NCBI RefSeq assembly: GCF_009834535.1 | Contig: NC_045697.1 | Coordinates: 91,266,001-91,330,000 of the forward strand | Source: Camelus ferus | Lineage: Eukaryota | Direction of reading: 5' to 3' | Length of the DNA stretch: 64,000 bases | In this document: positions 12,561 to 25,020 of the stretch, piece after piece | How positions within the stretch are numbered: position 1 is the stretch's first letter | Layout of the letters: each line of letters opens with the position of its first letter | The notes under the pieces: model-generated | Told to the model about the DNA's origin: nothing | Seen by the model: only the letters and a program-made list of their open reading frames with translations | Databases searched by the model: none | Made by a program: the position numbers and the translations under genes

Positions 12561-14191
12561 TTTCCTTTATTAAGACAGCCACTTGAAACCTAATCTGCTC
12601 AATTGGACTCTGCATAATTTCCTTCCACATCTTTTTTTGTTAACTCTGATTTTATACGATACTTTATTCTGTTAGTGGTCACCCAGCCACCTATCAGCAG
12701 AGCTGAGGACAGAACCTAGATCTCTCCAGGCCTCATCCTGGATGGGTCTTTTCCATCACAGAATGCCTCTGGCTGGAGAAGAGCACTCTTTCCCCATTTC
12801 TCACATCCACCATAGTCTTTTGAAACTAGGACCTTGTAGCCATCTCGGAAGAAGTACAGTACCACTCTTCCCAGCCAGGGTCTCACAAAACCCAGTGAAG
12901 GCAATGTTTATGTTGTTGTTTCAGCTGAAAATGTTCTTTACCATTCAGCAATTTCTTATACAATAATACAGAAAACTGAACGCTGGGCCAGAGGAAAGCA
13001 AGTGTCTATAAACTGACTAAAATTCTTTTCTTTTTCTCCTGTACAATATTAAAGATCAGCTTGTTATATTTTCAGTGGGACTGTTTTAATTATTGTAGCT
13101 GTCCCTAGTATTAAATTTCCTTTTTTCCCAAAGCTGGCAAAGTGTTGATAATTGTTGAAGTCAGAAAACAAGTAATGGGTTCACTATAATAACCTCTCTT
13201 TTAAAATAAAGTAATAAAACTGGGAAAGTATTATTTTTTTTCCTCCTTTCTTCATGCTTAATCAGGTGTCCAGAAGAGACCAAAACCTTAAGGCAGGTTA
13301 TCTGTCATACTGACAGAGGTTTTGGAAATTGTCTTTTGACTAGATCACTAAAACAAGCTTGGATTTTTTCTGGTATAGAAAGGCCAGTGCATTTGGTGCT
13401 ATTTATTACAACTAAAGTCAGTTGTGGTGAATTTAGCCTTGCCTCTGTGGAAGCCTATCTATTATCAAAATAGCACTTTATGTTCAGAGACACCCAGTAA
13501 TGGATATGAACTCAGTGTTGTTCTAGATCAGGGGGATTACTGTGTTGCTGAAAGGCTGAGGGGAGGAGATTACAAGGCACCTGTCTGAGCCCTGCATGGT
13601 CCTACTGAAGTGAAGCCATAAAACTCATCAGGTGCAGTTTTTCAAATGAAAAGAAGGATGGATTTTGCATGCAATTATGGGCCTTTAAAGGCAAACAAAT
13701 GAGCATTAGAGAAACATTATAGCTTCTTTACTGAAACTGAAGACCCTTATGAGTACTGTGAGAAGAAATTTCAACACCAGAGGTTGGGAAGGGAAAAAAG
13801 CAGGGAGAATTTTGTTTATATTTCAATTAACAAGAGATATTTTAAGAATTAACTGAATTTTTCACAATATTTATAATTTCTGCAATGTTTTATTTCATTT
13901 GTTGCATTTAAAAAAAAAAAAAAAACCTTTAAATGAAAGGGACTCCTTGTAGGAGAGGAATCAGGGGAAATGGGAATATATATTGTGTCCTGTCCTACCT
14001 CAAAGGAGGAACTCTAAGAGGAAGGAAAAGTGGTTACAGCTGTGGAAAGAATTCCTCTAGCCAAATCCCAAGGTGCTTTGGTAAGAACAAAAGATATTAG
14101 CTTGGGATGAAAAAAGCAATGGAGAAGTGGGTAGGAAGCTTTAAACCAGCCTGAGGTCTAATTGTTTCCTCAATAGATAATGGATTAAGAT

Positions 14192-14346
14192 GGTGGTCCT
14201 CAACTCTGGCTGCACATTAGAACCACCTGGGGAGTTTTTTCAATAATGCACTGGCGCTAGGCTGATATAACTGGGTTGAGGTGGGGCCTGGGTGTTTTAA
14301 ATGCTCCCAGGTGTTTCTTCTGTGCTATCAGGGTTTAGAACCACTG
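14192..14346. mobile_element. MER5-type hAT-Charlie MITE
   Basis: 'gtggtcctcaactctggctgcacattagaaccacctggggag...ctcccaggtg...tttagaaccactg' with terminal inverted repeats. Confidence 0.8.
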
Positions 14347-14909
14347 AGTCAAGGCTTTCTCACTTAATATGTTTATTTTTGCAAGTTCAGCATCTAAAGA
14401 TGTTTCCTTCTAGTTTATTATGTGCAATTACTATATCCTGCTGTTATGTGGGTAATGATCCTTTAATTCTGTGGGTCACGGTCTAGCTAGGCTTAAATAT
14501 AAGAAACTAAGAAAAAAATACTAGCACGCTCAAATTTTTTAAGAAAAATATAAAGTGTATTTTTGAAAAACAGTTAAATACAATTAGAGATACTATACCC
14601 CATTTTAAGATAATACCTAAAATAAGCTTTAAAGAAATAAACACCCAGGATCAAACTAATCCCTAATTGTTACCAATTGGTGTTTATCCTCAGCTTGGTT
14701 ATTTATAATCAGGCTTCTTTAAAATGTTTCCTACCCTCTTTTAATCCTTATCTTAGAGATAGAACTCTCTATATTAAATACTAGTGTAGTCTTGGATGGC
14801 TGCTTTTTTCACCTTAACAGCCATAATACAAATTTATTTCTGATATATCTTCCATATAAAAGAATGCACTTATTTGCTACAAAACATTACATTTGAAAAC
14901 AACATTTAG

Positions 14910-15885
14910 TAAAAGAAATGGTAGAGTTGAAAAATTACCATTTTGCAACCATTATAGAAATAATCAGGGGGGAGGGTAATAGCTCAGTAGTACAGCGTGT
15001 GCTTAGCATGCCCAAGGTCCTGGGTTCCGTCCCCAGTACCTCCATTTAAAAAAGAAAAAAAGAAAAAATAAGAAATAGTTGATTAAGCCCAGAATTGTCA
15101 ATGGATGCTAAAACCACTGAGTTCAACTTTGGCAGGATATTTACTTGGTCTCAAAGTACTTGCCCACAAATTAAAATAACAAAGGGAAAAATGGTAATCT
15201 TGTTGTAGAGAAACCCAGTGGACATTATCTTAACCAAGAGAGAATGCAGAAGAATGAACAAACTGATGTCATGTGTCTCCTAATATGATGCACTGAGAAG
15301 GACACAACACCTGTGTAGTATTCCTGCCCAAAATGGGTTACCTGAAACTAATCATAAAAACAAATTAGATCAATTCCAATTGAGGGACATGCTATTATTG
15401 GACTGTACTCTTCAAAATTGTTCATACCATAAAAGGCTGAACTGTTCCAGATTAAAAGAGATTAAAGAACACAACTTAACACATATCCTGGATTAGATTC
15501 TGGATAGAAAGATAATTATTCTTTTCTATAAATGACATTAAGGAGACAGCTGGAGAAACTTGTATATGCATTGTATAGAACTGCATCAATGTTAAATTTC
15601 TTATGGATTATCACTGTGCTGTAGATCTAAAGTACAAAGTCACTGTTTTTATGAAATACATGCTAAAATTATTTAGGGGTAAAGAATCATAATGTCTGCA
15701 GTTTACTCTCTAATAGCGCATCAAGAATAATAATAAAATTAAAATAATTATATATATGACTAGACAGACAGAGAGAAAGACAATGTGGCAAATTGTTAAC
15801 AAGTGATGAAGCCAGATAATAGATTCAAGGAAGTTCATTGAACTATATCTGTAAGTTTTCAATTTTTTCAAAGCAGAACATTTAG
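14910..15885 (+). mobile_element. Old L1 (L1MC/MD-like) 3'UTR
   Basis: 'atgatgcactgagaaggacacaaca...ttgagggacat...tgttccagattaaaagaga...caatgtggcaaattgttaaca'. Confidence 0.7.
14967..15070 (+). mobile_element. Short Vic-1-like tRNA-derived SINE nested in L1
   Basis: ggggggagggtaatagctcagtagtacag (A box) ... gggttccgtcccc (B box) agtacctcc followed directly by an A-rich tail; approximate TSD agaaata. Confidence 0.85.
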
Positions 15886-16167
15886 AAAACCAATATAAAC
15901 AGAATACTCAATAGCCTTGTAAATAGACAGACACAGTTGTACAAGGTCTCTGGTATATTTTGTTTTTTTCTTCACATTTTCCTCTTACCCACTTTTGACT
16001 GCTTTACAAATGTTTAATGGTTTGTGAAGAGACAGTAAAGATGTAGGAAAGAATTTTCCTTAAAGGAAATCATTTGAAAATCGACAAATACTTTTATATT
16101 CCAATAACCATCTCCTAATTTATTGGTTTAATAAATTAAGGGTGTTTGGTAGTTAGGTTATTCTGTG

Positions 16168-16520
16168 TTTTTTTATTATAGTAAAATATACATAAAATTT
16201 ACCATTTTACCCATTTTAATGGCATTAGGAATATTCACATTGTTGTTCAACCATCATCATTATCCATCTCTAGAACTTTTTCATTATCCCATATGGAAAC
16301 TCTGTACCATTAAACAATAACTCCTATCCACACTTTACCTACTTTTATATATTCTAAATATTCATCCCTTATTTAATAGTGATTTGCAAATGTTTTCTCC
16401 CATCCTGTGGTTTCCCTTTTTATACTCTTGGATGCACAAAAGTTTTTAATTTTGATGAAGTCCAATTTGTCTGTTTTTCCTTTTGTTGCCTGTGTGTTGG
16501 TGTTATATCCAAGAAATCAT
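16168..16520 (-). mobile_element. L1MA/MB-like 3' fragments
   Basis: 'gtaaaatatacataaaatttaccatttt...ttgcaaatgttttctcccat...aaagtttttaattttgatgaagtccaatttgtc'. Confidence 0.7.
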
Positions 16521-18768
16521 TTCTAGTCTGCTTCTTAAGGTGGTGAATAGCATAGATTTTTCTTTGCATTTTAGAATGAGAATAATGTTAGCTGCTTATC
16601 ATTTCTGGAATGTGCAACCCATACATTTTTGCCTCAGCAGTGTGGAACTTCAAAATGAAGTTACATTTCCTTTTTGTAACTAAATTGTCACTCACTGATC
16701 CATTTGCTGAAATGTAGTTCCTTGAAGTCTTCCCTCTGCTCTTTCTGGAAATTTCTCAGGGAATTTTCTCATGTGCTCCAGAACAACTGCTCAGTTTTGT
16801 TTTGTTTTGTTTTGGTTTCTGTTCAAGCCTCTTTCTTTTGCCTGTGCTGCTGTGACCCTTGTGAGATGTCAATTCTGCTGGGCACAGGTGTCCCCCAAGT
16901 GTATCTACCACTGAGGTCTCCGACTTGCCCTCTGATCCAGAGAAATGAGCAATTTTTATTTCCTCCTCACCCCTGATCCGGGTGCCTGGAGCTTCTTGGC
17001 ACAGATGCCTGTCTTGACTTCCCTGCCCCCAGGTGGGCACAGCTTATGGCCTTGCAGGTGGCAGGAGGGGAGACTGGTGGGCCTCATGCTGAGTCTCAGG
17101 GTGGGAACCTGGTTTTGACACCTACTAAACCAGTAAGAAAGACTTTAAGCAGGTCTGTTGCAATAGATGTCAAGACTATGGTGATAGGGGAGAGAGATCA
17201 CACTCAGCTCTGAATTCAGCAAGGACACTGCAGGTGTATCCCAGGAGCAGAGTGGGAGGGGTCAGTGGATGGAAAATGGCTAAAAGGTAGGACAGTCACC
17301 ATCAAAGGCTGGGGGATTCTTGTTAAACTGACTTAACAACATTCCTATGGAAGGCAGGCCAGGGTGACAAGGGGTTGAGGAATCTAATCAGATATCAAGA
17401 GTAGGGGATTCTCTCCAAACTGACTAAGCAGGATTTTTCCTACCACTGGGCTGTGCAGGCCCAACAAGGACGGGGGAAGGCCAAGGCCCAGTCAAAAAGA
17501 GAGCTCAGAAGAGCCTAAAGTTTTGTCAAGGAGAGTTTTTGTCAGCCCCTCCCCTCATTCAAAGACAGAAGACACATTCTTTCTTTCCTTAGATAGTCTA
17601 AGTCCATTGCTTATCAGTTGCTGTTTGTTCACTAAGGACTAACTGAACCATAGGTTGGAACTTGGTAGTAGGGCAGCCAACTGAGAAGATTTCTGGATGT
17701 TGGGCTTGAAACATCCTAAGGTGGTGGAGGGAGGACAGCAGTGGTAAACTGGTGAGTTTCCTGGCTTGTAGCCTGGATGTCTCTGATAGGCATCAGTGTC
17801 ACAATTGTGGTTATTTCCTAAAGCAGAGCATGGACGATGCAGGCTTTCCAGTGAACTTCCTGAGTGGCCCACACAGCAGCAGCTCTAGGCACCAAGGTTG
17901 CCCAGCCTCCAGCTTTAGCTTCCAGGGCTTCTTTAGGTACAAGACAATCTAGAATTCCAATAAGGATCCAGGAAGTCAAGTTTTAGTTCTCAGTGGCTCT
18001 AAGGCAGGAGGGTGGGAGAAAAATTGGAAACATTAATTTGGAGATTTCTAGCCAAATATTGGAGGAAATTAGAAGAACTGAAAATTTGGTGAGGATTGAC
18101 AAAATGTGTAAAACAGCAGGATCCAATTTAGTTTGCAGATAGATAAACCTCATAGATGATGAATTGGACCAGAATCTGATAACCCATGAGGGTGTGCTAT
18201 AGTTTTCCTATAATTAATAAAACATAAATATTTCCTATAGTTTAAGAAACATGAAATTTCTCTATATAGTCATCCTCCCTTTTAAATCTTATTTACAAAA
18301 TAAATCTGGTCTCATTATATTTGGCCTGATTATTTACATAAATTCAGCAATAATCTAATTAACACATAGGCCTTTTAAAGTCTGTTTTGCTAGAACTTTT
18401 AATAAGGAATCTCAAAAGATTTTTTTAAAAAAACCTCTTGAATATAGGAAGCCAAGAACTCACCAGCAAACTTTACCTGCAATACATAAGGATGATTTCC
18501 TCTCTTCTTTAGGTCCCCCAAACATCCCAGGGTTCCTGGGCTCTACTTACCTGTAAGACCAGAAAACCCTTTTAGTCAGATACTAGGCTGATTTCCTTCC
18601 CCAAGAGCGATTTGTAAGCATTGGCTCCATAAAGTCAGTCTAAGTTCCTTAAAACCGTCTGGTCATAACTAATTCTATGCATATCATTCTCAAATATGAC
18701 ATATGACAAAGCTCAATTATACAACTATTTTCTCCAATTATGTTCTGTTACAAAAAGAACAGATTCTT

Positions 18769-18864
18769 TTTTTTTTTTTTATTGACGTGTGGTTGACTTA
18801 CAATGTTGTGTTAGTTTCTGGTGTACAGCATAGTGATTCAGTTATACATACACACATATATATT
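18769..18864 (-). mobile_element. ~96-bp L1 3' stub inside the ERV internal region
   Basis: Poly-T plus 'tacaatgttgtgttagtttctggtgtacagcatagtgattcagttatac'; TSD aaaaagaacagattctt (18752-18768) / aaaaagcacagattctt (18865-18881). Confidence 0.9.
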
Positions 18865-20516
18865 AAAAAGCACAGATTCTTATTGAACTCATGCAATTAA
18901 TTATTTTGCCATAGAAATGCTCAATAAGAATTTGCTAATTCTGGAGGAATCAGGCAGGGAGAATAAGTGTTCCATTTCTGTTCATAAAAATATAATTATT
19001 AAATTGTTGTGGATTGTGCATAGCTTAACAGAAAAGAGAAAGGAGTACATTATATTAGAAAATAGAACATTAAAGGACTATCAAAGTTCCAAAGAAAAAG
19101 TCATAATTATCCTTAGTCAGATCATTCAATCCCATGTAATTAATTTTTCTTCTGCTTAATTTTAGCAGTTTTATGACCCTGTTGGCTTCTCAACTAGAGT
19201 TCTGGAAATTCTTACTCATTTCAGTGGTATGGTCTCAAAGTTATTTAAGCAATGCCACCAAAAGCCTGTTTCCCAGAGTACCCGTCACATAATTTCCCAT
19301 GGGTCTCTGAATCCATCTCTTTTTGTTGAAGGTGAAGCACTCTGGCCTGTAACTGATTGCAAACACTTTCAAGAAAGTATCAGTACTGGACATGTTATGG
19401 ACACCAAGAGTATGGACAAATTTCTATAAACCGTATGTGATTTCTGAAATATTTATATTAATGACATTAACCCATAAAAATGTAACCTAGGGAAAGTTAA
19501 GCATCCCTTCTTACTTGACAATGGTTTTCATGCCATTCAACATCCAAATAAACCTAATTATTTTTTAACATCTCTTTTTTTTACAAGGTAAAAGAACAAA
19601 ACCTTTGAGATTTTCTGGAGGCCCTCTGGAAAGTCTCAAATTCAGTTCAATATCAAGATTTCATTTAGAATATGACATTAGGAAAGCATAATTGTCCAAA
19701 ATGTCAAAGGTTTGAATACTTGATTAAATAAGATCATAGGTCACTGTGTAACAATTCTCAGCTTCCTATTTAACCAAAGTAACAAAAGAATTTAAAAGTA
19801 ACGATAGAAGGTAACATGATTGTAAAAAACAAAAACAAAAACAAAAAACCTTAGCTTTTTAAAAAAGTGAGATGACTTGGTTCTCTTAAATAATCAAGGA
19901 TGTGATAAAGGTTAACATAAAGCACAGGAAATTATTCCGAACAGATACAAAATCTTGTTTTCCTAAGCATATTATGCAAAAGGTGAAGACAAATATTTTA
20001 TAATCTCTTATTAAGAGCAGACCTATAATCCAAGAAAATCTTATTATTTTTAACAGAGAGAGAGAAAACCAAATTCTAGTTTTGCATAAGTGCACTTTTG
20101 ATATCAAAGTTCATTTTTTAAAAAAACCTTATAAATAAACATCCAATGTGAGCTAGCTCTGACCAGGCAAGATAAGATTTCTTTTCCAAGATTCCTTTTC
20201 TACAAATTTTCTTCAATATTTTATATTCATTCCGCTTTTATCCTCTTTCTCACACTGGGGCAACCAGTCACTTAGTTTAGGACAAAGTTATTCTTTTTCC
20301 CTTAATGAAAATACACCCTACATTTCTTGTATTTTCTTCATGCAAAGTTGTTTCTCTTTACTCTTATTATTTGCAGTAGTTTTATTTATATATACTTATT
20401 ATAATTCTTACCCATTGGTAACCTCTTTTTTCTAACAGAGAATATCAGGAAGTAGACATGATTGTCTGTCACATACCACCATTCTGTAGACTAGCATATT
20501 TTATGAATATGACATC

Positions 20517-21030
20517 TGTATTAGTCAAGGCTCTCCACAGAAACAGAATAAATAAATAAACACACACACACACACACACACATATATAAGAGGAGATTTA
20601 CCAGAGAGATTGGCTCACACAATCATGGAGGCCAAGAAGTCTGCTGTCTGCAAACTGGTGAACCAGGAAAGGTAGTGGTGTAATTCAGTCTGAATCCGAA
20701 GGCCTGAGATTGAGGGGCTGATGGTATAAGTCCCGGTCTGAGTCCAAAAGTGCAAGAGCTAGGAGTACTGATGTCCCAGGAAAAGACAATGTCTCAGCTT
20801 AAGAAAAGAGAGGGAATTCACTTTTCCTCCATGTTTTTGTTCTATGCAGGCCCTAGTTGGATTGGATGACGCGCACAGCATTAGTGAGGGCCATTTTCTT
20901 ACTCAGTCTGCTATTCAGCTGCTAATCTCTTCTAGAGACACTGTCACAGACACACTGGGAAGTAATGTTTTACCAGATATCTGGACATCCCTTAGCTGAG
21001 TCAAGTTGACACATAAAATTAACCATCACT
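20517..21030 (-). mobile_element. MLT2-type (ERVL) solo LTR
   Basis: 'tgtattagtcaagggctctccacagaaacagaa...(CA)n...ttggctcacacaatcatggaggc...caagttgacacataaaattaaccatcac'; 5-bp flanks acatc/ccatc. Confidence 0.85.
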
Positions 21031-23060
21031 CCATCTCACAACTTTTATAGGTATATGCTTCCTCATAGTGCAACTTTTCAACATGGCAAAAAGAATATGT
21101 TTATTAACAAACCCAAATACATTTACCTTCTCTGTACAATATAAAATAAGAAGCCAAAAGTATGTAAACTTAAACTTCTGCTTAGTAATGAATATTTTAG
21201 TAGTTTATCTTACTTAGAAATGATCTATCTATTTTAACACATATATGTTACTTGACTTAGCATAACTCTAAGGCTGCAAGTTACCAAAAAGACTTTGGAA
21301 ACTGTTTTAAGGAAGACATGTTATTAAACAAAATTAATCATCATCTCAAGTTGTTACCCTGTAAATTATTTTGATGGCATGTGCACGTTAGGCAAGTATC
21401 ACAAGAGTAAAACCTATAAAGGTTAAATACATGGGGTTTTTTGTTTTATTGCTGTGCTGGATATGCATGAAATAGTGGATAATGGTATCAAAACATTTAT
21501 TTATACTACATCTTTACTTGACCAACTGTTCTTGGGTTGAAATTATAATTTTTATCATCTTAAACATCTAGTTGATATAATATTATCTTCTTTGACTTAC
21601 CTTATTAGACCCAAGTAAAATTAAAATTTTACTTAATGCTGAAATTGTGAAGACATAGTCATTTTTATTGAACCAATGATACCAAACTAGTTTTATTTAT
21701 CAAAGATTTACTCAAGTCACATGAGCTTCAAAACCATTTGAGTTAGTTTTTAAATTTCTGAGAGTTTTAGGAATAACTTATTTATATAAGTGCTTATTTA
21801 TCTCTAAACCAATTTGAGAACTATTTTATGGGATTTTGTAAGTTAATTTGGTAATACCATCCAAAGGTAGAAAAATGTCATGTGTATATGGCATATATAC
21901 ATATATAAACACATACAAGTATATAGACACAAATAGAGACCTAATAACTTCCATTCTAAAATTTTAGCTATGAGTTTGATAAACATAGTAACATAAACTC
22001 GGTAATTTATAAGAAGTAGCTGGGTCTCATCTTTGGTCCACTTTCCATTTTTATCTGAATTGTGTTTCTGGCGAACAGAGCAAGTTGAGATTACCTACTC
22101 AATAGAGAGCTAAAGGATTTTACCAGTATTTGTGGAGGAAACATGAAGATTTTCTTTTGCTCTCATACATAATCTTAAGGAGGCTGTAGACTGAATTTTA
22201 GGTGAGAGACTGAGCAGAGATCAATCAGTTGTCTGAATGTTTCCAAAGCTCATATGAGTGGATGAAATAGCCAGTCTGTTTACAGTTAGCCTTTTTCCCC
22301 TTTTCAGCCTCAGATAGTTGCTTCCAGGGGTTCCTTAGTCCCTTGTGAGCCCCTCATGGGGGCAAGGGGCTTAAAGTTCTATTGCCTGTGGGGAGTTGGG
22401 GGCCTAGAGGGGAAAGAAAAGGTCTAACAGGGGTAGCTGGAGGGACAGAGGAGGCGGGAGTTTGAAGGTGGACGTATCAAAAGATTCAAGGAATGAGGGG
22501 AAGAGTGAAGGTGAAAGGCAGAGGTCTTAGATGTGCCAGTTCAGAGAGATCTTTAGTTCCAAATTATCCTTTGTAAAATCATGCCAACAAGAGAGGAAAT
22601 GGACAGTTAGTGCAGTAATGGTGGAGCATATAGTTAGCAAGAGTTTGAGAAGGGCATTCCAATCAACTAAGTTCTTATGGGAGAGGCAGGGTCAAATGGA
22701 GAGAACAAAGAGGCTTCACAAGGTGCCAGAAAAGAAATTTCCTGCCCAGGAGTCAGGGAATAAATCTCCATTTGAAACAAAGAGCCAAGGAGAACTTCCA
22801 GCCCAGAGCTCTGATGATGAATCTTATCCTATCTAAGTTACAGCAACATAACTGTTAAAGAAAAATGTACTCCAACACTTGTTAAAACAGTAAGGAAGGC
22901 TTTATTCAGGACTGTTTTGAAAGGTGTCAAGATTGGCAATAGAGGAGAATGACAGGGCTCAACTCTAAATACAGCAAGTATGAGTGGAGATTTATAGCTA
23001 AGGGGCAGAGGCTGGGGGAGTCCGTGGGTAAAAATTTACTAAGAGGAGACAACAAGACAC

Positions 23061-23927
23061 ATTATTGCTAATTACCAGAGAAATGCAAATCAAAACTACA
23101 AAGAAGTATCCCTTCACAGTGGTCAGAATGGCCATCATTAAAAAGTCCACAAACAATAAATGCTGGAGAGTATGTAGAGAAAAGGGAACCTTCCTACACT
23201 ATTGGTGGGAATGTAAATTGGTACAACCACTACGGAAAACAGTAAGGAGATTCTTCAAAAAATTAAAAATAGACTTACCATATGATCCAGCAATCCCACT
23301 CCTGGGAATATCTCCAGAGGGAACTTTAATTCAAAAAGATACATACACCCCAATGTTCATAGCAGCACTATTTACAATAGCCAAGACATGGAAGCTACCT
23401 AAATGTCTATTGACATGTGATTGGATAAAGAAGATGTGGTGTGTGTGTACGTATATATGTACATACACAAAGGAATATTACTCAGCCATAAAAGAATGAA
23501 ACAATACCTTTTGCAGCAACATGGATGGACCTAGAGATTATCATACTAAGTGAAGTAAGTCAGACAGAGAAAGACAAATGTCATATGATATCATTTTTAT
23601 GTGGAATCTAAAAAATGACACAAATGAACTTATTTACAAAACAGAAACAGACTCACAAACATAAAAAACAAAGTTATGTTTGCCAAAAGGGAAAGAGAGG
23701 GAAGGGATAAATTAGGAGTTTGGGATAGCAGATTCACACTACTATATACAGAATAGATAAACAACAAGGTCCTACTGTACAGCACAGGAAACTATATCCA
23801 ATAGCTTGTAATAACCTATCGTGAAAAAGAATATATACATGTATAATTGAATCACTATGCTCTATACCAGAAACTAACTCAGCACTGTAAATCAACTATA
23901 TTTCAATTGAAAAAAAAAAGAAAAAAA
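23061..23927 (+). mobile_element. 5'-truncated L1 (ORF2 C-terminus + 3'UTR + polyA) inserted in the ERV LTR
   Basis: ORF 23065-23499 is the L1 ORF2p C-terminal region (REMQIKTT...KCWRVC...[12 protein letters not shown]...[11 protein letters not shown]...MFIAALFTIAKTWK); A-tail at 23910-23927. Confidence 0.92.
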
Positions 23928-24074
23928 GAGTAGGCAGATTCTCTCTAAACTGACTTCGCAGGCTCCTTGCTGGAGTTGGGTGGTGCAGCAGGGTGGGGGG
24001 CCACAGCTGAGGCCTGGTCCGGGAGAGGTTCAGAGGAGTTTACAGTTTCCTCGAGGAGCGAGTGTTTGTTGGTC

Positions 24075-24304
24075 CCTCGAGGATCTGCTCTTGCCTGTGA
24101 GCATCCCAGTGCCTGAGAGAGTGGGACGTTAAATAGCAAATAAGAAAACACCGTGAAAGAAAGAGACAATAGGAGAAAGGAAAAAGCTTTATATTTTGGT
24201 ACCTCTAATGCCATTTTTTCCTTGCTTTTTGAACAAGGGGATCCTTGTTCAAAAACAAAAATTTTCATTTTGCACTGGGTACGCAAATTGTGTAGCCAGC
24301 CCTG
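24075..24304 (+). mobile_element. MER45-like hAT-Tip100 element, right end
   Basis: 'tttttgaacaagggg...ttttcattttgcactggg...gcaaattgtgtagccagccctg' resembles the MER45 terminus. Confidence 0.65.
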
Positions 24305-24652
24305 TATACATCCTAAGTAGCATGAACACATGCTCATCCATTTCCTTGGGATTCTATTTCCTCAGCCATAAACTAGAGAAAAGTTTAGCTTGAACATCCT
24401 TCTTGCCACAATATGGTTTCCTGATCTCCTTGTGAAAAAATTATTAACCATGTATCTTCCAGGAAAGAAATAATTTTTAGGCTTAGGGCAGTTGATTCAG
24501 AATAATTTAGATTGTGGAGGAAAATATTTTCCATCTCTGAAGAGGTATTATCTATTTCTGATAAGGAACTAATTTAAATGGCTAAGCAGAACGTTGACAT
24601 CAGTTTTTGCATTTGTATTATTTGCTGGTTCAGGGCTTCCCTTGAGGGGTGA

Positions 24653-25020
24653 TGCTATGGTCTGAATGTTTGTATTCCCCTCAAAATTCATAGGTTAAGA
24701 GTCTAACCCAAGTGTGATGGTATTTGTAGGTGGGGTTTGGGGGAGGTGCTTAAGTCATGAGAGTGCAGTCCCCATGAATGGAATTAATGCCCTTACAAAA
24801 GAGGCTCCAGAGAGATCCCCTAATCCCTTCCACCATTTGAGGACACAGGGAGAAGCCACCAGCTGTGAACAAGGCATCGGGTCCTCACCAGAACATGACC
24901 ATGCTCTACCTTGCTTAATCTTGGCCCTCCAGCCTCCAGAACTGGGAGAAATAAATTTCTGTTCTTTATAAGCTACCAGTCTATTGTATTCTGTGATAGA
25001 AGTCCAAGTGGATTAACCCC
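24653..25020 (+). mobile_element. MLT1A-type MaLR solo LTR
   Basis: 'tgctatggtctgaatgtttgt...aaaattcata...ccagcctccagaactgggagaaataaatttctgttctttataagctacc'; 5-bp flanks ggtga/ggtgg. Confidence 0.88.

Larger units (their letters stand above)
17113..24071 (-). mobile_element. Degenerate ERV1-class provirus (MER31/MER67-like LTRs, non-coding internal region)
   Basis: Two homologous LTRs (~17113-17544 and ~22853-24071, the second split by an L1) share 'cagtaagRaag..ttta..cagg.ctgtt...tgtcaaga' and 'gattctctc.aaactgact'; the polypurine tract complement gcccctcccctc directly abuts ...tgtca at 17545; no intact gag/pol/env ORF. Confidence 0.75.

Noticed and set aside
23065..23499. 144-aa ORF (and similar ORFs at 1547, 36901, 59706, 60059) as host genes
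   Set aside because: They are L1 ORF2p C-terminal fragments inside truncated L1 copies
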